A stretch of 64,000 bases of DNA. Source: Camelus dromedarius. Lineage: Eukaryota. The DNA is taken from assembly GCF_036321535.1 (NCBI RefSeq), contig NC_087436.1:19098001-19162000 (forward strand), written 5' to 3'. The notes under the pieces are model-generated. The model searched no databases and was not told the DNA's origin. It worked only from the letters and a program-made list of their open reading frames with translations. This document shows, piece after piece, positions 51,139-64,000 of the stretch (its first letter is position 1; each line of letters starts with the position of its first letter). Both the position numbers and the translations under genes were made by a program.

Positions 51139-53279
51139 GTTTTTGTGAGAGCTGGTCACATCCTTAATATTCTGTATCATTTGCATATGTAAAAAATATA
51201 AAGAAAAAATTTGGAACATATACTCATAAGTTTTACTTTGTGAAATGAAAGGATATTTTGTTATCTCATAGTAATTTATTAATAGAGTAGCCTTTTTGTG
51301 AAGGAGAAAAACTGGAAGTTATGCTCTTCAACTAAAGTTGATTAGCTTGTGGATATATTTAATGGATTGTTTTACTGAGTAACAAATGGCTTTATTGGAG
51401 TAAACAGGACTGATTTTTTGGATTTGATTTTAATTTTTTTAAAGGGTGAAAGTAAAATCTTAGCTTATTCTCTCTATTACTTTGTAAAATAATATTAGTT
51501 GAAATACCCATAGGAAATCGCCCCCACTGAAAGACGTATCCCATTGAACGAACTGCTTTTGAGTGAAGAGTGATTTAGTACCTTCTCCAAAGGGGCACAC
51601 ACTGGCATAAATAGTTAGCTCTGAGATCAGTTTCAGCAGCTAACCTGAGTCAAGTGAAAAGTTCTGTGGCAGTTTAATGTAAAGCAATGTATCGATTAGG
51701 AAAATGTATTTCACTTTAGGTTCATATGTGCTAAATTGTAAGGCAGATCACAAAGAAAGCGAGATTCCTAGGGTCTCTCCCAACAGTTAGAGCCTGCCAG
51801 GCAGTCTTCTTTCTGAGAGCATCTCTCACTTTCCAAAGGACAGAGAGAATAGGAGAAAACGTACTTCTCATGCTGTCGTAATTTTTAGTATCTTTTAAAA
51901 CCGATAAATATTTGTCTCCATATTTTTCATACAAGAAAGTACATAGGTTAAGGGATCACACAATATTTTACAGAGCTCTGAGAGCAACTGAAATGCTCTG
52001 GGACAGAGCATGCCTTTTCCCTGTTATCTCCTACTGCGGTCAGGGAACCTGAAGCAGCAAGCTGATGACTGCGTGGATAAGGTCTGCCTCCCACATTGGT
52101 TTACATATTACTTAAGGAGTACTGACATCCACTGTGGGCCAGCTCCTTTGTTTGGGCACGTCGGTGTATTGCACAAGGGTAGCACCAGCCGTACAGCAGT
52201 CTCATGACTCTATTCTATTATTTTCTTATTTTAATCACCATTGATGTTTAACATATTCACAAAGTTGTACAATGATGAACACTAACCCCGTATTCACTAG
52301 AAGTCATTCCCCATAACTTCCTTCCTCTCTCCTAGCAACCATTTATCTACTTTCTATCTCTTTGGATTTACCTCCTCTGGATAGTTTACGCAAATGGAGT
52401 CATATTATGTGTGTCCTTTTGTGTCCAGCTTCTCTCACGTAGCATCATGAGATTTCAAGGTTCATTCATCTTGTAGCATGCATCACTACTTGATTCATTT
52501 TTATGGCCAATTAGCACACTCTTGTATGGGTGTATCACATTTTCTCTATCCATTCATCAGTTGATGGGCATTTATGTTGTTCCTACCTTTTGTCTGTTAC
52601 AAATAAAGCTACTATGAAAATTCGTGTACAAGTTTTCAGTTCCTTTTGTTGTATACCTAGAAGTGGAATTGCTGGGTCACATGGTAACTCTATGTTTAAC
52701 TTATTGAGGGACTGGCAAAGAGTTTTCTAAAGGCACTGCCCCATCTTGCATTCCCATCAACAATGTGTAAGGATTTCAGTTTAGACACTTCCTCACCAGC
52801 ACTTACTACTCTCTTTTTAGTATAGTCATCTTAGTAGGTATAAAGTGATAATCACTGTAGATTCATTTTACATTTCCCTGTTGTTTAATGATGTTGAACA
52901 TCTTTTCATGTGCTTATGCCATTTGTGTATCTTCTTTGCAGAAATGCCTATTCAGAGTCTTTGCCCATTTTAATTGGGTTGTCTTTTTATTATTGAGTTG
53001 TAAGAATATTCTATATACTCTACATACAAGTCATTCATCAGATTAATGATTTGAAAACATCAGATTTTATTTTTGCTTTCTGATGGAATCCACTGAAGCA
53101 GAAGTTTTCAATTTGATAAAGTTCAAAATAACCTATTTTTTCTTTTGTTGTTTGTGCTTTCAGTATCATAACTAAGAACACTTCCACAAACCCAAATTCA
53201 TGAAGATTTACTCCTACATTTTATTCTAAGAGTTTTATAGTTTTAACTCCTATATTTAGGTCTATGATCTATTTTTAAG

Positions 53280-53283
<4 letters not shown>

Positions 53284-53323
<40 letters not shown>
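53284..53323. repeat. Perfect (TG)20 microsatellite
   Basis: Direct read of the sequence. Confidence 0.97.
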
Positions 53324-53324
<1 letters not shown>

Positions 53325-54083
53325 TGTAAGGAGGGTCCAACTTCATGTTTTGCATGTGGATGTCCAATTGTCCCAGTACCAGTTGTTGAAAATGCTATTC
53401 TTTCTCAATAAACTATCTTGGGACTTTTTTAAAAATTGATTGTAAATGTGAGGGTTGTTTTCTGGACTCTTAATTCTACTGTGGTGAGCCTCATATCTGT
53501 CCTTATTCCACTATCACACATTCTTGTTTATTTTAGTTTTGTAGTAAGTTTTAAAATTGTGGAATTTGAGTCATCCAGGATTGTTCTTTTTCAGTATTGC
53601 TTTGGCTACTCTTCATTGCTTATATTCCCACATGAATGTTAGAGTTAGTCTGTCCATTTCTCCAAAAAGGACAGGTGGGATTTCGATAGGGATTGCATTG
53701 AACCTGTCAATCAGTTTAGGGAATATTGCTATCTTAACATTAAGTCTCCCAATTCATGAATATGGGTTTTCTGTTCATTTATTTAATTTCTTTTAAGGAT
53801 GTTTTATAGCTTTCAGTGTATATACCTTGCTCTTGTTTTTATAATTTTATTTCTAATATTTTATTCTTTTTAATGCTGTTGAAAATTAAATTTTTCTTTC
53901 ATTTTCAAACTGTTCATTGGGTGTAGAAATAAAATCAACTTTTGTATATTGATCTTGTATCTTGCAACCTTGATAAGCTCATTTATTAGCTTTGAATTTT
54001 TTGTGGATTCTTTAGGATTTTCTATATATAAGATCATGTCATTTGCAAGTATACTTTTACTTATTTCTTTCCGCTCTTGATGC

Positions 54084-54405
54084 TGAAGGGTGACAGACTA
54101 TACCACCCCAAATGCCACTATGGCATAAGTACTTTGAGCTTAAGGTACTTGAAAAACAAGAGGCAAGAAGCCCATTCTAATCTCCCTTTTATTCCTGAAA
54201 ATGGGAAATTAAAACTCCCATGTGCAGGATGCCCTGTATCATGAGAAAAGAAACATTCTTTGGGAGCCAAAGACAAGAGAATTCTGTACAAACAGATCTT
54301 GTTAATAAAAATCCTCAACTTCCTTTAACCTCCCTGCATTGTTTAGTTATTTTTCCACTATTGCCTATCTTTGTTAAACCCAATAATAAAGCATGTAGGT
54401 TTTAA
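54084..54405 (+). mobile_element. MER34-like ERV1 LTR, 3'-truncated, nested in L1
   Basis: tgaagggtgacagactataccaccccaaatgccactatggcataagtactttgagcttaagg matches the recalled MER34 5' end. Confidence 0.8.
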
Positions 54406-56790
54406 ACAGAATTGGTGTCAAAGGACATCTTTGTCTTCTTCCTGATCTTAGGGCAAAACTTTTAGCCTTTACCATTAAGTGTGATGTTAGCTGTGGGGTT
54501 TTTGTTGATACTTTTTAACAGGTTGAAGAAGTTACCTTCTACTCTGAATTTGTTGAGGGTTTTTATCATAAAAAGGGATTGAATTTTGTCAAATTTTTTT
54601 CTGCATCCATTGAGATGATCATGCAGTTTTTGTCCTTTCTGTTAATATGATATAGCACATGGATTGACCTGCATATGTTGAATCAACCTTACATTCTTGG
54701 GATAAATCCAGCTTGATCCTGGTGTATAATCTTTCTTATATGTTACTGGGTTGAATTTGCTAATATTTTGTTGAGAATTTTTGTGTCTATATTCATAATG
54801 GATACTTGACTATTATTTGTAGTTTTCTTTTCTTGTGATTTCTTTGGTGGTTCGATGTCAAATAATATTGGTTTCATAGAATTATTTGGGAAGTATTTTC
54901 TTATAATTTTTTGTAAAGTCTGTGAAGGATTGGTGCTGATTATTATTTTAATATTTGGTAGAATTCGCCAGTGGACCTATCTGGGCCTGGGGTTTTTTTG
55001 TATGTGGAAAGTATTTTGATTTCTAACTCAAGCTCTTTACTTGTTGTGGGTCTATTCACATTGTCTATGTCTTCTTGAGTCAATGTCAGTAGTTTGTATG
55101 TTTCTAGCAATTTTTCCATTTCATCTACTGTATCTAATTTGTTGGTATACCATTGTCCATAACAGTCCTTTTTTAGAAGCATTTTTATTTCTGTAAGGAC
55201 TGTAGTGATTGCCATCATTCATCCCTGGTTTTCATTATTTGAGGACTTTCTCTTTTTTTCCCCTTGTTCAGTCTTGCCAAAGGTCTGCCAATTTTATTGA
55301 CCTTTTTAATGAACCAACTTTTGGTTTTGTTGATATCCTCTATTTTTTTTCTATTCTCTACTTATTTCCTCTCTAGTCTTTATTATTTCCTTCCATCTGT
55401 TTGCTTTGGGTTTAGTTAACACTTCTCTCTCTCTTTTTTAAGTTTTTAAAAGTGAAAAGGTGCTTCTTATTTTTAAAAAGAGGCATTTATTCTCTTTTCT
55501 ACCCCTTTTCTGTCCCTTCCCTAGTCCTAGTCTTATCCCCAGCACTCATAAACCTTCAACCTATAGCAGAGAAAAAGTAAGGGTTAAAATCCCCAGACTG
55601 AATCACTAGCATCATCAACCTACTGACATGAGATCTTGAGGGTATAATTCTCTGCAACAGATGAAGTTGCAGAGAAGAAAATAAATACTGTCACTGGCAT
55701 TTGCCATCCTGTTTCCCCACAGTCTTCCCATTGAGCCATTGCTTCACAAGTGGTGACTCAGTGAATGCTGAGAGTGAATGCAGCATGGAGAATTGCAAGG
55801 TCCTGCTGACATCCGTCAAGGTGGGGATGCAGAGTTCAGAAATCTAAGGATGCTTACTTTCCAGAGATCAAAATGGAGGGTGGATCTGTCAGCATTTGCC
55901 TTAGCCAGGAGTTAGGTAACATTAAAAGCCAAAGACTTCCAAAAGTAGATAAAGGATAGTATTCTTTTTAAATGTAAGAACCTTCAGTGGTTCTTGTATG
56001 TATATTAGATTTGTATGTTATATTTAGTATATTAAACATAAATAAATAATGTACTTATTGGATGGTATGATGTTTGTCTTGTTGAACCATGTTACATATT
56101 TATACATTTTGATTTTGGAAAGAAGAATTTGATAATTCCCATGGATAAAACACATTACATAGAAATTAGGCTAAATTCATTGTGAAAAGGCGGTGAAAAG
56201 CATTGCCAGTCGTTAGCAAAGAACAATATGTTTGGATTTCAAAATGTGCATGGAATTTTGTACCAAGAAGCCAAGCTCTGTCAGTCCTTCTCACCCAAGT
56301 TTTAACCAATAGCTTTAAAATTGAACCTAATCAAAACAACAGTTACTTAATTTGCCAATTATCAGCCCTGTTAGAAACTGAGTGGATGTCAGTCTGTGTA
56401 TGAGTGTTGGTGCACCAGGCAAGGTTGATACTCTTTACCAATTATTTCATGCATGTACTAACAGCTGTGCTGGATGACTACAGGATTCACAGGGTGGATC
56501 AGTATAGAAATTATATATGAATGTCAAAGTGATAATACTAGGTTGTGTATGTAGAGAGAAACTCCTTATAATTGTACTGCTAATGCACCTTTCTCTAACA
56601 TCTGTGGTCCAGGTAAATCGTATTAACATTAGCCTTTTGATCAGTACACAGCTAGGTTTCAGGGATTGTTGATATAAGTCGTAGACTTTCTTATAATAAC
56701 TTCCTATTGTCTTAAAAAGCAAAAATCCTGTTGGTTGTAATACACCAATTTCTTTAATACCATAATAATTCTTCTACACTTTGACTTTAG

Positions 56791-56876
56791 GAAATGACAA
56801 AAAGATGGAAGGAGAAGCTTGCTATTACTTGGGCTTAGCGCACTTGGCTGCTGGAGAGCATGAAACAGCATTAACA
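56791..56876 (+). CDS. TTC29: TTC29 internal coding exon, 86 bp (TPR helix)
   Basis: Acceptor ttgactttag|GAAAT, donor ACA|gtaagt. Encodes (G)NDKKMEGEACYYLGLAHLAAGEHETALT. Phase 1 in, phase 0 out. Confidence 0.95.
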
Positions 56877-57769
56877 GTAAGTTCAAGTAGACTTTTCATC
56901 GCTGCCACTATGAATTTTTATTTCATTATATTGATTTTATTGTATGTTGTTACAAGGCCAGTGGAAGTGGGATGGGTCTGATATCAGGGTACTTATTTAT
57001 AGAGACTAAAGCAGAATAGCAATATTCTAGAAGCATTAATAAATTGGTCTTATTGTTTATAGAAGATCATGTATAATCAAATACCATGAAGTGCTTTAGG
57101 ATATATGAAAATTAACTACGTGGAGTAAAGTGACACCCCCCCAACTCCCATATACATCACCAAGGACAAGAGGAAGTGGGTTTAAATGACAGCAAAAAGT
57201 AAATAGTAAAAGAAAAAAATATAGTAAACTTATGATTTGTGAGATTTTTCATAGAAAAGATTGTGGTCAATAAGCAATAGAGTGAATTGCGTAGCTATGG
57301 ACCTTTCATTTGTATTGGCGGGGTGGGGGGAGGGAGGGCAGCAAAGGTGTAGGGCATTGCTGGTCTCAATCTGAGAAGCAGCCTGCTTCATGGTAAAAAT
57401 CAGTGTTTGCCTATTTTATGACCAAGCTTGGTGTGTTTGACTTAAAAACAAACAAACAAAAATATGTCAAGTACTATCTTTCCCATATTACAATGGAAAT
57501 TATTTTTCTTTCATTCTTCTCTTACCTCTAATATATTGCAAGTGTAGCTTCCTAGTTCATTTCACATACATCTCATGTAATAATCCTATTTGATGCAGAG
57601 TATTGACTTTTTGTTCAGCTTTGAAGATCCCTTATTTGCTCTTTCAGATGTTCATGCTAAGTAGCATTCCTATAATTGAGCTAGATAGTTTTCCTCTATC
57701 ACTCTGAACATTGGGTCATCATAGGAAACTTAGGTCTTCCCAGATGACTCTTCTGCTTAATATTTTTAA

Positions 57770-58155
57770 GTTAATGGTATGCATTTAGCAAAGCTGTGTT
57801 CCAGGTACCATGAGAAACAGAGAGTCCAACAAGATGCACACTTCCCTTTAGGAGCTAATTTAATGAAGGTGGCCAACTTGTAAACAACTATAATTCAAAG
57901 CAGGATGAGCAGGGGTTTTCTGAGTGCAGAAGTAAGAGTGGTTAGTTCCAACACTGAAGATCAGGGAGGTTTCATGAAAGAGCTTTTGAGTGGCAGGATT
58001 TCTACTGGGAGAAGGTATGAGAGTCAAGGATGATAGAATATTAGACACACACACATACACTCATTCAACATGAATGTAATCAGTGTGTTTGAGAAGCAAT
58101 GAATTGTCATGTGCAAGATGAAGATATAGGAGATCAAGTAGGAAAATCAGGTCAA
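57770..58155 (-). mobile_element. L2 fragment
   Basis: ctgtgttccaggtaccatgagaaacag...gatcagggaggtttcatgaaagag...gtgtgtttgagaagcaatgaa. Confidence 0.6.
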
Positions 58156-58189
58156 AACTAGCTGATAAATTCTCTCTCTAATGTGCACA

Positions 58190-58980
58190 TAGCAAGCACA
58201 TGGCAAAATAAATTCAAGCAAATACAATAGTGTTTACACTGAAAAGTAAATCTTCCTTCCACCTTTATACTCATTCTCACAGTTCTTTTCTCAAAGGCAA
58301 ATATAGTTACAAGTTTCTGGTTTATCCTTCCAAAAATATTCTTATATATGCAGGGCATATAAGCACATACACAGGTGTCCATTTTGTTGTTTACAGAATA
58401 GTAGCATTTTATACACACTGTTCTGCACCTTGAGCTAACTCCTTCCATACTAACGCATATACTGAGATGCCTCGTTTTAAAAGCTACTCATGATATCCCA
58501 TGGTATAGTTGGATACCATAATGGATTTAACCATCTCCTGTTGGTGGGCATTTAGGTCATTTCTGATCAGTTTTTATCACCGAGGTTGTAGCATTGAACG
58601 GCTTTGTGCCAAAGTGAGAGATGCGCTACAGAATAAATTCCTAGAGGTAGAAATTCTGTGTCAGAGACCAGATGAATTTAAAAATAAATTTATTTTTATT
58701 CTTAATCTTCTCTTCAAAGAAGCTTCACAGTTTTACATTCCTACAACAATAAATGAAAGTGCCTGCTTTTTCATGAGCTATTTCTATCTTTAGGAAAGTA
58801 AGCATATATATATAATACGTGTTATTAATATTTTTCCTGGCCATTGCTTTTTGATCTTATTATGAAATTTTTCCACCCTGAGCTTTTAATTATGTATGTG
58901 GCCAAATTTATCAACTTCTTGTATGACTTCTGGACATTCTTAGAAAAGCTGTATTCATTCCAAGATTGTATTTTTAATCT
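58190..58980 (-). mobile_element. Old L1 (L1MC/ME-type) 3' remnant
   Basis: atttaaccatctcctgttggtgggcatttaggtcatttc...aaattcctagaggtagaaatt...ttttacattcctacaacaataaatgaaagtgcc. Confidence 0.75.
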
Positions 58981-59409
58981 TTTAGAAGGTTGGAGGGTCT
59001 GGAATGCTTTGTTGAAGAGTATGAAGCTCATTTTTTAAGCAGTGTGGGATTTTGGATGACTTTGATGAGGCTGGTGACAAGATCTCATTAATTTACTCCC
59101 AATTGTTTTTTGAGTATCTTCTGCATGACAGACGGCATTCCACGCACTGGATCTAAACTCGTTTTGGAAGATAACGTTAGTGGTACAGGATAGTCTAGCA
59201 TGAATGGATTGAAGAAGCAATACTTGACATCCAAGTAACAAAATTTTCCTTTCAGAAAAGTATTGAAATTGTTTTTCTGGAGGTAAGGAGGCCATAAACC
59301 AAATGTGAATCTCCCATTCATATGAATTATGTGACCTTGGGCAAGTCCCTTAAACTCTCTTAAGTCTCAGTTGCCTCATCTATACAGTGGACTACTAAGT
59401 ACTCTGCTT

Positions 59410-59882
59410 TTGGGGTGTTTAATGGTGGCCTTAAAAAGAGTTGTCCACTTTCTAATCCCTGGAACCTGTGAATTTTACATTAGAAAAAGGGTCTTTGCCG
59501 ATGTAATTAAGTTAAGGATCTTGAGATGAGGTGATTATTCTGCTAGATAATTGGGGTGGGTTCTAAATCCAATGACAAAGATTCTTATAAGAAAAAGGCA
59601 GAAGGAGGTCTGATACAGACAGAAGACAAGAAGACACTCACACGGAGGACAAGTCCACGTGAAGATGGCGGTAGAGACTGGAGCTGCAGTGCCACAAATC
59701 AAGGAATGCCTGGAGCCACTAGGAGCTTGAAGAGGCAGGAAGGATTGATCCTACCCCAGAGAGAACACGGTCTTACCAATCCTTCAATTTCAGAATAGCC
59801 TTCAAAGCTATGAAACAATCAATTCCCTTATTTTTAAGCCATTGAATTTGCCTTGATACTTCAGTTTTAGGAATCTAATACA
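59410..59882 (+). mobile_element. MLT1C/D-type MaLR LTR nested in a MIR
   Basis: ctaatccctggaacctgtgaat...gatgtaattaagttaaggatcttgagatgagg...taggaatctaataca; MIR halves at about 59290-59405 and 59883-59970. Confidence 0.88.
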
Positions 59883-60975
59883 TAGGGCAATTTAAAAAGC
59901 TAATTTATATAAAGTTTTAAAAGAGTGCCTTCCTGGTGTAGAATAAACTTTTGATAATTATTAGCTTTTATTATTTTTACACTAACCTAACCAAGTCTCT
60001 GGGCTTTAGCAGTAGTAGTGACGATGGAGGGAAGTAGTCAGTTGATAGTGATGAATGAAAAAGTTGTAGGGCCAAGCTGGATGACGGAGTTACAAAGAAG
60101 AATAAGCAGTGTATCCAAGGAGGCAGAGGAAAACCAGGAATAGATGATGGCATATAAGCTAAGGAAGCTGAGCTGAGTGTGTCTAAAAGACAGACATGAA
60201 CACAATCCTTCTGCCTCCTACCCCAGGTTTTGCCCTGGAATGAAAGAACTCCTTGCAGATATTTCCAGTGAGATCTCAACCGCCCTCCCCTAGGAAGGTA
60301 CCTTGGTTAGAGTCAAGGTTGGTTCATTCTTGTCCTTTACCTCTCCAGCCAGGGTGGAGGCTTTGGAAAACCAGGCTGGCCATATTCCAGGACTCGGCTC
60401 CCTACTACCATCAAGAGTAGACTTTGCAGGTGGGAAGAACTAGGGGCTTTCTTCAGAGCCTAGGTCTTGCTTGAGGCAGAATATTGTTGCCTTTTTGGAA
60501 CACCGCTCACCCACAACTGAGGGCTCGCAGGAACTAAGCATAAAACTTGAGCCAGACTCGCGGACAGAGCCGAGGGGCGAATGAAGGATCCATTGTCCTG
60601 TCTGGATACAAGGTGCCAAGAGCAAAACTGAGAAGGCAGCAGCTGTAAAACAGGAGTCAGGAAAGAAGTACCAAGGAGTCACCAAGGAATGGGAAATGTG
60701 GACAGGCTGTGGATGGGGTGGAGATGGACACAGAGCAGTTGGACCTGATTCGAGGCGTGGAGATCTTTCGGCTCAGGCTGATCTCAGAGGCCAGAGTGTT
60801 CTTGCTGTTGCACTGAAATCGAGTCCCACAAAACCTGACATCTTGCTTTGATTTCAGATTGAAGGCCACATCTTTTCATTCTCCCTAGCATCCTACTTGA
60901 GCCACTTTGCCCTGCTTTCTTTTGGAGATAAAAGGACATTCTTCAGACTTTCATTTGAATCTTCTTTCACTTTTT

Positions 60976-61122
60976 GGGGGAGGAGGCAGAGGAGAATGGT
61001 AATTAGGTTTGTTTGTTTATTTATTTATTTACTTATTTAGTTACTTAATGGAGGCACGGGATTGAACCCAGGAACTCGTGCATACTAGGCACACACTCTC
61101 CCACTGATCTACACCCTCACCT
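60976..61122 (-). mobile_element. vic-1-type SINE (long-tail form)
   Basis: Reverse tRNA-like head at 61050-61120 plus a (TAAA)n-cctaattacc tail; TSD tcttctttcacttttt / cctcctttcacttttt. Confidence 0.85.
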
Positions 61123-62384
61123 CCTCCTTTCACTTTTTCGTTTCTGGACCTGGTGAAGGTGATCATGTTACATAGTGATCTATTCTCTGTTTGTAAACTA
61201 CAGCCTGTCTTTCCATCTGAAGCATGGCTTCTAGTTTACAGGATGTCTATTAGAAACCCGCACCTTATTTAGTGAATATGTTATTTAAAAAATTACATGA
61301 TTAATTAATAAACAGATACATTCTCCGATTTATTGATTACATATCTGCCTGGTTATCTAATCACACAGTAAAAATTTAACATATAAAAAAAGAATTTTTC
61401 TTTTAAAATCCTTTTTTTATCCTACTTTCCCACCCTGGGCAGTATTATCAACATTATCTTCATCTGTCTGAAAGCATTAGTGGTGTTTCTGTCACGGTGT
61501 GGCTGTGGAGAAAAGTAAGAAGCCCCCCAAATCAGCTTCATCATGTGGGGATCAGATTCGGCATTTGCCTTTCCCAATTCAGTCTATTTTTAATTTTCAT
61601 CATCAATTCTGTACAGGTTTTATTCTCTTATTTGTATTTTAGGTTTATGATTTGGAATGTTCTCAGATTTTCAGTTTCTTGCCCTTAGATTCAACCACTT
61701 CCTCACAAAAAATTTTCCCATCCAATAATGTTGTTCATCTATTTAAAGATTTTTATGTGACTTTTTTTCAAAGAAACTTGGCTTATGAGAAACCTGTCAC
61801 AAGTAAATATTCCTAATGAATGGTTCTGATGATTTGAGACAGAAGGGACTCTGAAATTTTGCTACAATATCTCAGTTTAAAGGCTTTCATTTATTAATGA
61901 ATGATTAATACATGTAATAGAAGACTATGCTAACACATATATGAATAAAATTTGATCATCCATTCCTTGCTGATGAAGCAGTCTTTGCTGGATGATGGAA
62001 TGGAGTTTAACTTAAAAACAAATAATGGATTTTTTAGGGCTGAAACACCTCCTAGTGAGGAAAGGGCATTTTTGTGGAGAGAAGCGGTAGTTACTCTGAT
62101 AAACCTGTGCAGGAGGTCATGGACAGCCTGACATTTAAAGAGGGAAGGCTACCCTTGTATATCAGGTGCTGAGGAAGGAAATGGTGATTCCCTTTGGCCA
62201 TCATCAATTTCGACCTGTAAATGTTCCAAGTAGAGTAAATTCTGAACTTTAGAAAGTAAATGTATCTCATGAAGTCCTCAGATTTCAAAGAGAAAAATAC
62301 TTTACTAAAAATCACGGCCTTGTGTTCAAGGCCTTGTGCAAAGTTAGGCCAGCTCCACAAACAAATATTGCAACCATAAAGTTA

Positions 62385-62752
62385 TCTGAGTGAAGTCAGT
62401 CAGACAGAGAAAGACAAATTTCATACGCTATCACTTGTATGTGGAATCTAAGAAAAAATGATACAAATTCTATTTACAAACCAAAAACAGACTCACAGAC
62501 TAAACAAGCTATGGTTACCAAAGGGGAAAGGGCGGGGAGGGATAAATTAGGAGTTTGGGATTAGCAGATACTAACTACTATCTATAAAATAGATAAACAA
62601 CAAGGTCCTACTGTATAGCACAGGGAACTAAATTCAATTTCTTATAATAATATATAATGGAAAAGAATCTGAAAAGAAAAAAAGTGTATGTATATGTATA
62701 ATTCACTTTGCTGTACACTTGAAACTAACATTGTAAATCACCAGGATTCAAT
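62385..62752 (+). mobile_element. Young L1 3' end
   Basis: gagtgaagtcagtcagacagagaaagacaaa...gggataaattaggagtttgggattagcagatac...gctgtacacttgaaactaacattgtaaatca. Confidence 0.92.
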
Positions 62753-64000
62753 TTTTTTTTTTTAAAGGGAAAAATAGTTTGGGGAGGGAGCAGTGGAAAA
62801 AAAAGAAAAGAAATAGGACCGTCCTCTCTTAGTGCGTTGTTTTTAGGCAGGACTTTTCTTCCTCTCTAAGTACTCCATTCTACTTCCTAATTTTAGGAAC
62901 ATAAACTTTACTCAGTCTTCAGTACATTCAGTGAATTATTTTCTTCGCATTATTTAGCAATAACGTAGCCTATCAAAAATTATACTATGAAAGAAAAATT
63001 CATCCTAGTGATACTTCGTTTACTCTTATAATACACAATTCTTGTAGTAGTATTTAGTTATTCCATATACAAAGCAATAGCTATTTCTTTGTTTGCAGAC
63101 ATATCAGCATCATTAGAGTAATTTAGGATATTTCTGAGGTTGGTGTTAGCTGGTATACGTGGTTGATCTAAATCTCTAGCCTCCTCAGCAGCGTCCCAAA
63201 GAAAAATGCAAATAAACAATGCATCAGAAAGAAATCGTTACACAAATATTCTAGCAACTCATGGATTGTTGGTAAATATTAACAATGGAGGATATGGATA
63301 TATTTGTAAAATGATATATACTTAGGGTTTTGCTAAGCAATTGTCATTTAATTTTACTTATTCTCTTAACTCAATGGGTGCAAACAAAGGCAAAAGCATT
63401 GTACATAAGAAGATATTTCTGACAAAGGATGCTTTATTTAATTTGCAATGTTTAAGGCACAGTTTATGGGGAGAGGATTCTTATAGTTTTTCCTGTTTTA
63501 GTTTCTTTCTCTACTTTTTTTTTTGTTACCTTCTCCGTTAAAAGTCACTCATCCTTGATAAGAGTGGGCTCCTCATGTAAACAATAATCTAACTGACATA
63601 CACATGCCTTGGCAGATTCCACAGTAACACACCTAAAACAAGTTTTCCTTTTAGCCACTTTCCTAAGTGAAGACTTTTATCTACCACTGAAACCATGGTG
63701 CAACCCAAGTAAATGCGAGATCTTTGTGGCTTTCTCGGTGGGAGACCATATTTTAAAAAAACATCCAGCAACCTAAAACATATTTCAATTTCTTCTTACT
63801 TGTCCTCAAAGAACAGGAGATAAAATTCTTAACTCACTACAACAGTATTTTTTCTACTCCTCTCTCCTTCCATCTTTAAGATTTTTCTATTTGTCTAGGT
63901 CTAGATATCCCGAAGCCTGTATCTTCCTGGCACTCCCTGGACCCGGAAGTCCCCTTCTGTGTTCTACTCACACGTGGTTAATCACCCCTCTCCCTCCCCT

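Larger units (their letters stand above)
52225..55490 (-). mobile_element. About 3 kb decayed L1 (L1MA/MB-type): 3'UTR and ORF2, interrupted by an LTR
   Basis: ORF 54943-55218(-) gives an L1 ORF2-like peptide (NKLDTVDEMEKLLETYKL...TPGPDRSTGEFYQILK); reverse L1 motifs run continuously across the span. Confidence 0.92.

Noticed and set aside
63940..63980. ETS (CCGGAAGT) and E-box (CACGTG) pair as a promoter
   Set aside because: Two short motifs at the window edge with no CpG island; insufficient evidence.
56877..64000. Next TTC29 exon
   Set aside because: No splice-bounded frame resembling the expected continuation was seen before the window ends.
1..64000. CRISPR array, operon or prokaryotic defence system
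   Set aside because: Spliced mammalian gene with mammalian repeats; no regularly spaced repeat-spacer array and no long ORFs.

Overview
AT-rich mammalian genomic DNA, most likely from a camelid (three vic-1-type tRNA-derived SINE copies). The whole window lies inside the TTC29 gene on the + strand. Four internal coding exons (19142-19365, 24191-24376, 50293-50505, 56791-56876) splice in frame with canonical AG/GT ends; the gene's start and end are outside the window. The introns hold layered transposon fossils: old and young L1, L2, MIR, MaLR and ERV1 solo LTRs, and hAT MITEs, several with readable target-site duplications (TSDs). There are also repeat-free, homeodomain-motif-rich blocks that may be conserved enhancers. 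I found no bacterial-type system, CRISPR array or intact autonomous element, and nearly all ORF-track entries are noise. Best leads: a chimeric retroposon at about 42.0-42.4 kb (L1 piece fused to a non-L1, mRNA-3'UTR-like tail, with templated flank copies at its 5' junction); an unexplained 3 kb GC-richer segment at 28.3-31.3 kb; a tail-less L1 RT fragment at 32.1-32.2 kb; and candidate long-range enhancers. Repeat family names come from recalled consensus sequences, not from a search.
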